A stretch of DNA of 63,722 nt, filler included, from Diploschistes diacapsis (taxonomy: Eukaryota): the NCBI GenBank assembly GCA_023645945.1. It is 12 parts of 12 records of this genome, joined end to end, with 100 filler letters (N's around TTAATTAATTAA, not from the genome) between each part and the next. Parts side by side here need not be neighbours in the genome. Positions count along the whole stretch, not along the records: positions 1 to 25,915 come from JALAIB010000194.1; 11 more parts are not named here. One strand, given 5' to 3'. The notes under the pieces were generated by a model. The model saw nothing but the letters and a program-made list of their open reading frames with translations. It searched no databases and was not told where the DNA came from. The translations under genes and the position numbers were made by a program. This document shows, in pieces, positions 1-12,487 of this stretch. Each line of letters opens with the position of its first letter. Position 1 is the stretch's first letter.

Positions 1-128
1 GTTATGTATTTGTGTTTAAATTATATGGAGATCTAAGTATTTAGCAGAGCCACAGCGAATTAGGTAGAATGTATCATTAAGGCGCCATTAAATATGTTAC
101 ACAATTTTATAGTAGGCAGAATAAGACA
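1..128. repeat. Dispersed ~129-bp repeat (solo-LTR-like), copy 1, truncated by the window start
   Basis: Aligns by eye with 36762-36889 (shared GGCGCCAYTAAATATGTTACACAATTTTA..GTAGGCAGAATAAGACA). Differences are mostly C>T/G>A transitions. Confidence 0.8.
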
Positions 129-701
129 TATCCTAATTCCAAAATCCAAGGCTAAAAGCGGCAACATGTATCTTTCTTCTTCTTCTTCCACATAAATGAC
201 CATCTAAATTCTTATTTTGCAGTGGCTTAAGGCTGGCTGTCGTTGCAAAGGCTGTATTGCTCAAAGTACACATCATACATCGTGTGAATTCCTATGCCCT
301 TTTTGGAAGACTGAAGATAAGGAGTCAAGCCCAGCTACGTACCGGTCACTGAACCTGGCCTCGAACTCGAGCATTAGACGCCAGACAAGACGCATGCCAC
401 GGTTAGAGAAACCTAAATATGAGCGCTTCTGAGATATCTTATAGTGCTATTAGCTCTGGCTTTGCTCGTACAATACCCACAGCCTTGCAAACAGGGCTGA
501 AGCAGCCGTCGGTATACTAAGGAGGCCAATAGTGCTCTCAAACTCCAATCAAGGTATTGTTGGTTATCGGTGATCGCCCATTCATACTCGCTAGCCTTAA
601 GTTCGCTTTTCTATCCTTACACGTCCCGCAAGTCTTCTCTCTCGTTCTTCTTACTCTCGCTTAATGCCTTGAAAAGCGGTAAAGCCTTTGATAAGGATAC
701 C

Positions 702-1941
702 ATGGCTGCCCAGGTTAGGCAGACATTTGTGAAGGTGAACGGCTTACATGGGCCAAACTGTATACTCACAATCCTGGACGCCTCTTTTCAAATCAATAGC
801 ATCTTCACATACCCATCGCCATTTCGGCATATGAAGGGCAAATACGTTGCTGTGGTGACCTTGATAGGAAACGTCAAGGACCTTCGGCCCGAATTGAAGA
901 AGCTTTCAAGCCACACAATCATTTAGCGCTGGATTTCGATTTCTCAGCTGGACTCTTTTATACCAGTCCGATGATCTAGAGAATTCTATCGAGTATGTTA
1001 GATCCGTAGGCTACGTTCTACAAGCGGAGCTAATAGCATGCAGTATCATTACTGTGACTGGATTGAGCGGTCACCCTCTTAAGTCATGGCAGGGGAACAT
1101 GACTGGGCATTGGCTGCAAGAAATTCTGCCCACGGGCCTAAAGTCTGAATGCAAGCTCAATTGCAGAATATGGAGCTATGGCTATAATAGCCGAATGACA
1201 GCTCTGTCCATGGCCAGAATGTCTACCTTTACCGAGGCCTTTCGTCAAGATCTCTTGGACTTTACCCCTAAGGTATTGCTGGCCGTAATATGTCAGAGAT
1301 AATAATCAGTAATACGATGCAGGTACATATGGGACGAATTATTCTCATGGGACATGACCTGGGGGCTATTCTTATCCAGGCGGTAAGCTTATAATCAAAA
1401 TCAACATCAGCACTGAAGAAGTTAGGTATTGGGTGATTGCATAGTAAAAATCAATGAAGGGCGCGATGTTAACGAGACTAAGCAATTGCTAAGCTCGTTG
1501 GATCATCTAATCTTTTTTGGAGCGCCTAAAAACGGCATGCAGGTCAAGGCACTGAGCAGCTATGCCTTCTTTCAACTGCAAGAAAATTTCCAGACAATCA
1601 TGCGTGAGCTGGAACGCCATTCTTCCTTTCTATAGACAACCCAGCAAAACTTCAAGCAGTACATGAAAAAGTATGCAAATATCCAATTCATATCCCTCTT
1701 CGAGACAATAAAAACACCAACCATGAGAAATAACCCAAAAGGCGAGTGGGTTCGGGACGGCCCGAAGGAAGAGAGTGTGACCGAAGAGTCCGCAACACTG
1801 GGATGCGAGAATGAGCATCGAATCGCAGTGAACGAGGATCGCAGAAATATGGCACGGATCACTGAAAATTCTCGTCATCTGCATTCTCTTATAGCAGCCA
1901 TGCAACGTTGCTTAAAGCGTCCTGACGCCTCAAGTGAGTGA
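702..1941 (+). pseudogene. SesB-like alpha/beta-hydrolase (type found N-terminally in fungal NLRs), disrupted
   Basis: Spliced motifs IITVTGLSGHPLKSW, HWLQEILP..CRIWSYGYNS, IILMGHDLGA, LIFFGAP, SLFET..T and SATLG..E.RIAVNEDRRNM. An in-frame TAG at 1633-1635 separates two same-frame ORFs (1429-1635, 1663-1941). Confidence 0.7.
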
Positions 1942-2479
1942 AAAAGCCAGTCCTAATCGATTCTTCTTGGCTGAACCCTTCTCAGCAGACCCATCTGAAT
2001 CGCATTCCTCGATTACCACGAGCGTATCTGAGCCGGATGACCCGACCGCCTACTCGTCTGGTTGTCGCAGGTCCATCGGATACCAGCAACCGACGTCCCC
2101 TGAGAATCGAGGCGCTAGTAATGACTCACAAGGTACCCGAATCCCGCAGATGATCCAGAATCGAAGCCCAAAATCTGATGGAGAGCAGCACTGGTAGGGT
2201 CTGAGCTCTTGCCCATCAATAACAGCGAGCAGGCACCTCCAACAGTCAGTCAAAACTAGTACCCTGGCTAATGAGGACACAAAAGGATTTGCGTATTGAG
2301 GGAAAGGGTAGAGATGTGTGGCTCGAGCCATTGGCATAATACATCTACTCTCAACTAACACAGTCGGAGGAGCCGGTTGTTATGCTCGACCTGCCAAATG
2401 GCGCCCCTGATGCGAAAGATTTTTTCTAGGCAGCATCAATCTAAACTCTCCCGAGGCACTTCCTCTACCCTTGCTGAAG

Positions 2480-3359
2480 ATGACGCAGCTACTGTACGAC
2501 CAGCACGAGCCCCGACCTGACGAAGAATCCTCGGGATGATTGGCACAGCTTTCTGCACAACGACCTCTGCACTCCTCGCCTTGACAACATGTACAAGCAC
2601 CTCTGGTTCGCAGGACGGTTAAGAAACATCAAGCCTTTCCACCGACAGGTGATGAGGGGCCGGACGATACTCTTGACGGAGCAGGTCGATATGGATATGC
2701 TATGGCTAAAGGACTGCATGTTCCTCAAACCGCTTCCTCCCTATCTTCTGGACCAGCAGGTCCTCGAGAATCTTTCGCTCGGAGTCCAGGCTGCACGCCT
2801 CAGCGCTGGGAATGTTACGTTCCTACCTATTCCTTATAGTTTACGAGTCCGACTTCAAGATAACGAAGAAGAAGCATCTGATACAAGCCGACTTGACATG
2901 GATGCGCTGGATTGAAACCGTGTCAGGTTTTCTACGGCACTTTATGGATGGGGAGCAGAACCCAGGCATGAATGTTCGCTATCAATATGAAGAACTACGG
3001 CTGAACCGGATCAATCTAATCTATTGATTGATGCCTCCCTATGGCCCTCTTAAGCTTTTTCGGGGCTATTACTATTCTTATAGTAACTATAGCTCGCTGA
3101 TCGAGGGGAACTTCGCCTGGCTTGTGGCAACATCGGCCCAGTATTGAATGCCATGCAGGTTGGTCTCGGCATGTCACAGCTCCAAGACAACGATCGATTT
3201 AATGGTATTTGCTATGGATTTGCCGTACTACCGATTCCCATCTGTTGCATGGCGTTACTCTGTATAGCTGTTTTATCCTGTGCATTTGGGGCTTATAACT
3301 TCATTACGACCATCTTGCATACTCGGGAGGCTCAATCGTTACCCAACAATTCGTGCTGA
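2480..3359 (+). pseudogene. DUF6601-like fungal membrane protein, frameshifted
   Basis: Motifs LHNDLCTPRLDNMYKHLWFAG, LTEQ.DMDMLW..CMFLKPLPPYLL, LRSY.FLIVYESDFKI, RYQYEELRLNRINLIY and C-terminal hydrophobic helices lie in different frames. In-frame TGA at 3025-3027. Start is approximate. Confidence 0.65.
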
Positions 3360-4146
3360 TAATCCAAAAAAAAATAATAAGAAGGCCAGGAGGTGGGGGC
3401 GGACGGTTTACTGACCTGTACCTATGGTTTGCAAAGTAACTGATAGCAGTGAAAGATAGGCATTTGCGTTTCTGCCACTCTACTTGCAGCTCATGCGAGC
3501 TTCTTGTGTAATTATCTTTCTTTTAGACCCTCGAGTGACTTGATTGCTCCCTTCAACAATACACATTATAAATTGGAAACCGACGGCAGACGGTCGTTAC
3601 CGATCAGGGCAGTGAGCACTAGCCTTATGATAGTCTTCGGTGGAAGCTACAGTTATTTCTCAATAAAGGAAGCAATAGCACACCAAGCTAGCGGGCTCCT
3701 GCTCTCATGGCTGTAGCTTTATTGTTATCGAGCTAACCTGCCAAATCGATACATTGATTTTATCCCGAAAGACGTAACCTAGTGTTTTCGAGTCTAAGTA
3801 TATTTGTTTCAAAATTCTCTTCAAAACTCCGACCAAGATGAACGTAGTCGAACTAATCCATAGCATCATTGAAAAGATTAAATAAAGGCTGAAATGCCGA
3901 TAGCTAGACCCTATAGCTTCCGTATCTAGAGTGTCTGCTTCGAACTCGGACTCAGTAGAAGATGGAATTCAAGATATAAATAGAGGGATGGTGCATGAGG
4001 CAATAAAATAGGTTACGAAGCTGGACAAGGCTGCGCGTAGTGTATGAGATGGGAACGAGTGGCAAAGGGGCCGCTCAATATTCTATTGTACGTTACTTGA
4101 CCTCTCGGAACTTTCCGTACATCGACTCTTCTACTTGTGCAGAGGG

Positions 4147-4931
4147 ATGACACCCGATGAACTCAAGAAGCACGAAAGATTCATGGCGGCCGCCTTGGAA
4201 ATGGTGCGGCTCATGAACTTAAAGATTGCACCGGGCAGTACTCCAAGGACTGACACGTTTCGTTTGCATCCAGGCCGAACGAGCTTTGGCAAACGATGAG
4301 ACTCCCGTGGGGTGTGTATTTGTCTACGACAATAACATTATTGGCCGAGGAATGAACGATACGAACAAGTCTATGAATGTATTCTGCATGATATCCATGT
4401 ACAAATCACCAAGGGCATGACGTTTTCCTAGGGCACCCGACATGCGGAGTTCATGGGCCTGGATCAGATCTTCAAAAGATATCCCATCTCAACTCTACGA
4501 CAAACAGATCTCTATGTCACGGTAGAGCCATGCATCATGTGTGCCTCGGCCCTGCGGCAGTACAGGATTCGAGCAGTGTACTATGGGTGCCGAAACGATA
4601 AGTTTGGGGGGACCGGAGGCATTTTGTCCGTGCATTCAGAGTAAGCCAGTCTGTTATAAAGGAGCTACTATATCCCATGACTCAAATTCCTGCAGCCGAA
4701 GCACAGATCCGCCATATCCATGTCATGGTGGAATATTCCGCGAACAGGCCATCATGCTCCTCAGGCGCTTCTATGTCCAAGAAAACGGAAAGGGTCAGTA
4801 AGACGCAGAGCCTATCACGTCTAGCTAAAGAAGGATCAATAGCTCCGGAGCCGAAGGCCAAGAAGAACAGGGCACTGAAAGAGCAGATCGAGCCTCTACC
4901 GTCTGCCGTATTCGAAGAGGGCGGCACATGA
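4147..4931 (+). CDS. TAD2: tRNA-specific adenosine-34 deaminase catalytic subunit (spliced)
   Basis: FMAAALEM/AERALANDETPVGC, GTRHAEF and LYVTVEPCIMCASAL give the HAE + PCxxC zinc motifs; then NDKFGGTG and LLRRFYVQEN. Four short GT-AG introns. Confidence 0.92.
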
Positions 4932-5063
4932 GTATCCGAACGAGCATCGAGCAAATGATTATGGATTGATTCCCTGAATGAGAAAGTGGTCGAGGTCGTT
5001 AATGCCCTCTCATGTGCGGTACATGCTGTGCAGTACAGCAGTTGCTTGCTCGATTTTAACTGC

Positions 5064-5852
5064 TCACAACGTTTGCCCAGCTTTCTCCGCTCTCTCTGCT
5101 TCTAGCTCTCTTTCAGCCTGCCGGTAGTACTTTGCCGTGTCGACACCATGCTATAACCTATCAATCTCGCATTGAGCTCTTAACTTCACCATACGTACCT
5201 GGTTATGGTTCACAAAGTTGAACCATGGAACAACGTACAGCCAAACCCCAGTATATCTCGAATTTCTCGCCGCAACACCTTGCATGTACGGTGTCAATTC
5301 GGATTCACCATATAACGGCTCGCCCTTCTTGACCTTATCTACCATCTCTCTCATGTCCATCTCCTGTTCCCGTTTATTCTCCTTCATGCCGTAGAATCGA
5401 TCTGTAAAGGAAGTAGTTGTTAGGTAAATAGTCTTGGAGCCGGATGTTGGGAGAACGAACAACTTGACTGCTGGGCTATTGTAAGAAGTCCACCTATAAC
5501 TCCTACAGCAACATTCAAGCGTATAATCTTTGCAAAGCCGCCTGGGCCTGCTCTTGCAGGATGCACTCTTTCCATAACAACTTGGCCAACCGGTGCAATG
5601 CATGCTATGCCAGCGCCCAGTAACCAGTCCACAGGCCGTGTATATCCGAAGACTCTTCTTATATGCCTGTGACAAGTCAATGGGGCACGATCAATCCCAG
5701 TATCCAGCTTACGGGTCGCAGTCTATAAGCTATATGCCAGAAGATTAGCCAGGACCATAACACTAGATCATGGCTTTACGAACAGGATAAGCTGTATCAA
5801 GCGTTTTGGAGGGCACATAGTGCTTCTGAGTATCTTCTTCGTAGTTCGCCAT
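5064..5852 (-). CDS. NADH:ubiquinone oxidoreductase fungal ~21-kDa accessory subunit (NUXM type, spliced)
   Basis: Exons read ..AYP/LIDCDP.., RVFGYTRPVDW, MERVHP, RFYGMKENKREQEMDMREMVDKVKKGEPLYGES and PWFNFVNHNQ/HGVDTAKYYRQAERELEAE. Confidence 0.9.
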
Positions 5853-6144
5853 GCTAGGCGGTCCCACCAATGCGTCACGAATCTGAGCTTCGAGTCGTCA
5901 ATACCAGTACGGTGCGGTGCATCTAGCTACAGGGTTGAGGTGCGGTCAACTTCTTATGTCTGTCTTCCATGTTGATTGGTGGAGCTCCAAGGGCTGTTAA
6001 AGCTGACACGCTATACCGAAATTGACTAGCCGTCCTCACGTCGCGTCTCCCAAGCATCTGTCCGTACAATTTACGTGTTGCGGACAACTTTCGATTTTCT
6101 AGGAAATATCCTAGAAATATTTACAGCTGCAAAATTCGAGGACA

Positions 6145-7076
6145 ATGGCCAGCGCACAGCCAAGGACGACCCAAGCTGCTCACGATGATCTTGACGATCT
6201 GTTCAATTACAATGTCGGCACCGACGACCCACTACAGCCTCCAGAGCTCAATATGGACGCAGAGGGACCACCGGAACCTCTCAGACCAAAGCCTATGGAT
6301 TTGGGATTAGATGAAGAGGTTAAGCAAAGGACCAGAAGACCTAATCCTAAGCTAGATGAAGACAGGTACATTCTTCCGTATTAACAAATCTCTGCTTGAA
6401 CTGATTATGAAAGGCTGCTATCAAAAAATGGGATACCTAAGTTACGACGGATTACAAGGGAGCGACTCAAGTTCAAGGGCAAGGGCCATGAGGTCAGCTT
6501 CAATGGCGCTTCTACTTACAGGAGCATGCCGATGCTGATCAATCCTTACCACAGTTCTCAGACGTCGCACGCCTTCTCAACCTTTATCAATTATGGCTCG
6601 ACGATCTCTACCCAAAGGCCAAATTCGCTGATGGTCTGGCTATGATTGAAAAGCTAGGTCACTCAAAATCGGTTCAGACAAGGCGTAAGGAATGGATGAA
6701 AGAGACGGAAACTCGACACATCCCGCAAAAAAGACAGTTGGATACGGAAGTGCCTGCGGCTCAGAACGATTTGCCACATAGGCAGGGATCAAATGCCACC
6801 AATGGCGTCGAGTCAACCAACGTTCCCAGGCCCGATCGTGACGCAGCTCAGGTGGAGGATGCGTTATTCGTGAGCGATGAGGAGAGACCTGTTGACGGTG
6901 ATGGACCAGAAGGGGATGAGCTAGACGAACTAATGGCAGAGGCTGGTGTTGTCGCTAGCATACCAATAACTGAGAACACCGAGCGCAGGGCACAAGAGCA
7001 GCCACCAGAACGAGACACGCTTGATGATATGTATGCTGATGAAATGGAGATGATGCAAAACTTAGAAGACTGGTAA
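6145..7076 (+). CDS. CSM3: Replication fork protection complex subunit Csm3/Swi3/Tipin (spliced)
   Basis: Swi3-domain motif PKLDEDR/LLSKNGIPKLRR..FKGKGHE/FSDVARLLNLYQLWLDDLYPKAKFADGLAMIEKLGH, followed by an acidic tail. Confidence 0.92.
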
Positions 7077-7993
7077 CGCATAAGACGAGTGCAATGACTG
7101 GATTGGTGGATGCAATTATAGGTGAATGGACCGGATCCGTGCACGGCGAATAGAGGATGGAAATTCACCGCCGCTGAAAGAACAGAATGGTCAATACTTC
7201 AGCGCTTCCTCAAGGCCGATGCACTTCTCTTCCTTGTTGCTCGTACTTGAGATGGATTCTGGGTCCTTATTTGGGGCAGGTTTCTGCAACAGCACGTTGG
7301 ATAGTGCTTATACGACAGCCACACGCACAGCATCTCCTCTCTTGTCAACAAAGACTCCGTGGGGACATCTCCTCGCTTGCAACGTTGACCGGGCTTTGCT
7401 GGTGTGGTATGACAATTGTCAAGGGCTTTACCAATTCAATTAGCCCTATCTCTTTCAGAGAGCTAGGCGGACCTGATGTTCCCCTCACATGTCTCATTGT
7501 CGGTACCTAAAATAAGACTCCGGAAGCGGGGATTTCATCTGATATGGACCCGCCCAGATATAGGGAAAGTAGGCGGACGAACAGTTGGACAGCGAGTTAT
7601 GGAGTATTCTTAAGAGCCCAAATCGAATGGAGTAACTTTAGTGAATAATGTGAAAGTGATCTAGGGGAGGAATGCTCAGAGCCCTGTAAAAGGCACCAAA
7701 ATACTCCAACATTAGTATAAAGTCCCTTATGCAATTACTACACATAGATGCAGACTTTCAAGATTGTGTTGATACTGCATCTGAGAAATGTTGGTAGAAG
7801 AAGGGCAAGTCTCGACTGGGGACAAGACGGCAAATAGTTTAGAACCTGGCAAAACCGCAATGAAAATTTCGCAAGTTCATCATGTCTTATCGTCAGGAAG
7901 CTTACGTTAAGTCTGTTGGCAGTGTGGATGAGTGACAAGCACCAGACCCCCGAGAATCCAAAACAGTCCGTTCGCGAATGCTAGATCACTACA

Positions 7994-10900
7994 ATGGCAG
8001 AGGGTCCCTCAGAAACTTTGTTGACAGCGATTCGTAATCTTCATGCCTCGGACTCCGCAGAAGAGCGAGATATTGATGACTACCTTTTCGAACGCAAGCC
8101 AAGGAAGCGGGTTAGGTTGTCTGACGACGAGCTGAAGAAACAGCTGGAAGAAGACTTTCTCAAGCCTAGCTATACATTCAACACAGCGTGGTTGAACAAG
8201 CTTCAGTCGTAGGTATAATTCAAGTACTTTCTTCCAAATGCTAGCTAATCTCCCTTGCAGAAGATGGGAAACGACCGTCGATTATGCCGAACTTTTCCAG
8301 ATGGCTCCTACGCAGACACGGACTATTACACGCTTCACCCGTGAGGGTCTAGAGGGTCGAGTGACAGGCTATCGCGAAGTCACCGTGCCTGCCCAGAGTG
8401 CGACCGCGAAAAACTCTACATCCCTGCTCAGAAAGCCAGCCAATCGTGCGGATTTCGTTCGGGGTGCGGCAGGCTTCTTCCCATTCGCTCCCGGCGGTCT
8501 TGACGGAATCCAAGCAGTTGCAGATCTCGAAGATCAGGCCATCCAAGCTAATCAGAAAGGGGACGGAGTCAAGACGAGCGGACTGGACCGTGTCATTAAC
8601 TTCTCGAGCCAAAATGGGCTTCTGGAAGTCCCACCCGGCTTCACTCGGGGCCTTGACCTTAGCAAAGCTGCGAAGAAGGTCGACGAAGCTGTTGCTAGGC
8701 AAGTGGAGGAAACCCTAGGCGAAGAGCCAGAAAGTGTTGACGCTAGAGCTGAAGACGAAGAACGGGAGGCAGAGACAGGTGCTAGGAATGGCGCCCCGGT
8801 TGAGGACTCCGAAACCGAGCTTGAGGAGGATATCGATTCCTTACTTCCTATTGAATTCCCAGCACTACTTCCTCATGGATCATTGGCAGCCTCGCGAACC
8901 AAGCGTGGTGGCCACGAATGGGCGCACATGGTAGATGTCAATCGTGATATTACGAATTTCCGAGAGCTTGTTCCTGACATGGCCCGTGAATGGCCATTCG
9001 AGCTTGACACGTTTCAGAAGGAAGCTGTTTACCATCTCGAAAATGGCGATTCTGTTTTCGTTGCGGCTCATACTTCTGCTGGCAAGACCGTAGTTGCCGA
9101 GTATGCAATTGCCTTAGCCGCCAAGCACATGACAAAAGCTATCTATACATCACCTATCAAAGCTCTCAGTAATCAAAAGTTCCGGGACTTTCGAAATGAG
9201 TTTGAGGACGTCGGCATCCTGACAGGTGATGTACAGATAAGCCCGGAAGCAAGCTGTCTGATTATGACTACTGAAATTCTCCGAAGTATGCTCTACAGAG
9301 GCGCAGATCTGATCAGAGATGTGGAGTATGTTATCTTCGACGAGGTCCATTATGTCAACGACCTAGAGCGAGGGGTGGTCTGGGAAGAAGTAATTATCAT
9401 GCTGCCAGAGCATGTTTCATTGATCTTACTGTCTGCAACAGTACCTAATACCTACGAATTTGCATCATGGGTTGGAAGAACTAAGAAGAAGAATATCTAT
9501 GTCATATCAACACCGAAGCGGCCTGTGCCACTGGAACATTTTCTGTGGGCAAACAAGGCCATGTACAAAATCGTCAACTCTGAAAAGAAATTTATAGAGA
9601 AAGGCTGGAAGGACGCCAATGATGTTCTTTCAGGGCGCGACAAAGTCAAAACTACTCAATCCGCCCCAACTGCAGAGAACGCTGGAAGCCAGCGAGGTGG
9701 TAATAACGCCCGTGGAAGGGCGAATGGTCCTAGAGGAGCGGGGGGTCGGGGATCGAATCGTGGTGGTGGAGCTCAGCGAGGCGACAGCTCACAGCAAAGA
9801 GGACGAGGTCAGACAGCACAAGGCCGAGGAAATATCGCCAGGACTGGAAGGGGAGGGGGCAGAACAAGTGCCGCCCAGGACCGTAATATCTGGGTTCATT
9901 TGGTGGCCCATCTTCGCAAAGAAGATTTGTTGCCTGCCTGTATCTTCGTCTTTTCGAAGAAACGCTGCGAAGAGAACGCAGATGCCTTATCAAACCAGGA
10001 CTTTTGCAACGCCTCGGAGAAGAGTGCGATACACATGATCATTGAGCGGTCCATTACGCGTCTCAAGCCAGAAGATCGTATTCTTCCTCAGATACGACGA
10101 CTTCGGGAACTGTTGAGTCGAGGCATTGCTGTCCATCATGGTGGTCTTCTGCCCATTGTTAAAGAGGCCGTTGAGATTCTATTCGCGAAGACTCTTGTGA
10201 AGGTACTCTTCGCGACCGAAACTTTCGCGATGGGCCTAAATCTTCCGACCCGGACAGTCGTATTTTCCGGGTTTCGAAAGCACGATGGGCGGAGTTTTCG
10301 CGATCTTCTGCCTGGAGAATATACGCAAATGTCAGGAAGAGCCGGTCGGCGAGGTCTTGATCCGGTAGGAACCGTCATTATTGTCACCCCTGGCGCAGAA
10401 GAGGCACCACCCGTTATGAGGCTACGGCAGATGATACTAGGAGATCCAACAAAGCTCCGGTCCCAGTTTCGATTGACGTACAACATGATTCTCAACCTTC
10501 TAAGAGTTGAAGCATTGAAAATTGAAGAAATGATTAAGCGGAGCTTCAGCGAAAATGCAACGCAAGCATTGCTTCCAGAGCACGAGAAGCAGGTAAAGCT
10601 TTCGGAAGCTGACCTCGCCAAAGTAAAGCGTGAGCCTTGCGAGATCTGTGATGTTGACATGACTGAGTGTCATGAGGCTGCAATGGCCTTTCAGAATCAG
10701 ACGGTCGATTTTCATCTTGGCTTGTTAGGTTCCCCGATTGGACGCCGACTACTAACTTCAAGGAGGCTGATTGTCTATCGTAAGGTAAGTGTTAGTAGCT
10801 CCTTTTCGTGAATCTCTATGTTAATGCACATAGAACGGCATTCGAATGGCGGGAATCATAATTGGTGAAGGTGCAAGTAAAGGGCCAAATCCTTCTCTGT

Positions 10901-12133
10901 TGGTATTATCTGTCGGCGCCATCACTTCGACCAGGCAATCAAACGACATGTTGCCATATATTCCCGCATTGCGAGGATTCTTCAGTCCTCTGCCCAAATC
11001 TGCAGCACAGATGGCTCTAAAAGCCGCCCAGGTCCCCCTTTCTGACGTCGAAGCCATCACCGACACAATGATCAAAGTTCCAAGTGGCCCATCAACGTGG
11101 TACATAAATACAAAGAAAGGTAAGAGACCATTACCCACTCAATCAAACTCGACGTTAAGTCCTACATAGATAGCCCCGCTGTCGTGGAGCAGCTGAACAT
11201 GCTCTGTTCCTCGTGGTCAAACCAGGGCTGGGACGAAATCAATTGGTCAGTCAGGGTAAAGGAATTGAAGCTTCGCGATGCTATAGATGCCCGCAAACGA
11301 GCAGTTTCTATCGTCGAGAGCTCCAAATGCCTTCAATGTCCGAACTTCATCAAGCATGTAAGCAACCAAGGAACGATAAAAGCTTTTCCAAAGACTAATG
11401 GCAGTGCAGTTCGCAATGTGTCATGACGAATGGCTTATCAAAGAAAACATTGTGCAATTACGCCAATTAATGTCCGACCAGAATCTACAGCTTCTCCCAG
11501 ACTATGAACAGCGTATCCAAGTCTTAAAAGATTTAGACTTTATAGATGGAAGTTCCAGAGTCCAGCTTAAGGGCAAGGTTGCCTGCGAAGTAAGTCCTGC
11601 GGCGCAGTTGCTTTCAAAGCTAACAGCGACAGATTCATTCTGCCGACGAATTGGTCCTGACAGAGCTTGTTCTAGAGAACGTGCTAGCAGACTTTGAGCC
11701 CGAAGAAATAGTGGCGCTATTGTCGGCTTTTGTCTTCCAAGAAAAGACTGATGTGCAGCCAACTCTGACCCCGAGTCTAGAGAAAGGCCGCGATAGCATT
11801 GTACGTATCTCCGAGAAGGTCAATGAGTTTCAGATCAAACATCAAGTAATCCTTTCGAGTAATGACTCGAACGACTTCGTGAGCAGGCCTCGATTCGGGC
11901 TTGTAGAGGTGGTATACGAGTGGGCAAAGGGCATGTCTTTTAACCGAATCACGGACCTGACGGATGTGCTTGAGGGAACGATAGTCAGGGTCATCACGAG
12001 GTTAGACGAGACTTGTCGGGAGGTGAAGAATGCTGGAAGAATAATTGGTGACCCCAAGTTGTTCACCAAGATGCAGACAGCCCAGGAGCTCATCAAACGG
12101 GACATTACAGCTGTTGCCTCCCTGTATATGTAG
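7994..12133 (+). CDS. SKI2: Ski2 DExH-box RNA helicase of the cytoplasmic SKI complex (spliced)
   Basis: [27 protein letters not shown] and [10 protein letters not shown] motifs, an RG-rich insertion and a C-terminal EGTIVR..SLYM domain. Five short introns, one of only 43 nt (11590-11632). Confidence 0.96.
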
Positions 12134-12487
12134 ATAGGTTATAGGAAGATGAAAAGGACAGACAAAGATGTTCAACAGGGGTGACCTTACCTTATTACTA
12201 CTCTGGGCGTTCTCTGTGACCGCCATTAATAAACCACTTAAAGGGGCGGAAAGAACCCCCATCAAAAAGGCCACGGACGTTAAGCGAGGGTCAACACCGG
12301 AGTTTTCCAAGGACCGGCATCCCCAGGAATCAAAGAATCCTTATTTCATTTCTGGCAGCTCCCTACGAAGCTGTGTGCAGATGTTATGAAGTCTGCGCTT
12401 AGTGGCAGATGTTGCTCAAGGAAGAGGCGCTGATTTCGTTCTGGGTAAACGCAGATCCGACAGCCGCAGGGAAACTGGTGCGGCAAC

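Noticed and set aside
7190..7940. Possible small spliced minus-strand gene between CSM3 and SKI2
   Set aside because: Intron-like GT..CAG segments exist, but I could not assemble a continuous frame or recognise a product.
9690..9870. RGG-rich low-complexity insert in the helicase
   Set aside because: An RG-rich insertion at this position is a normal feature of Ski2 proteins.
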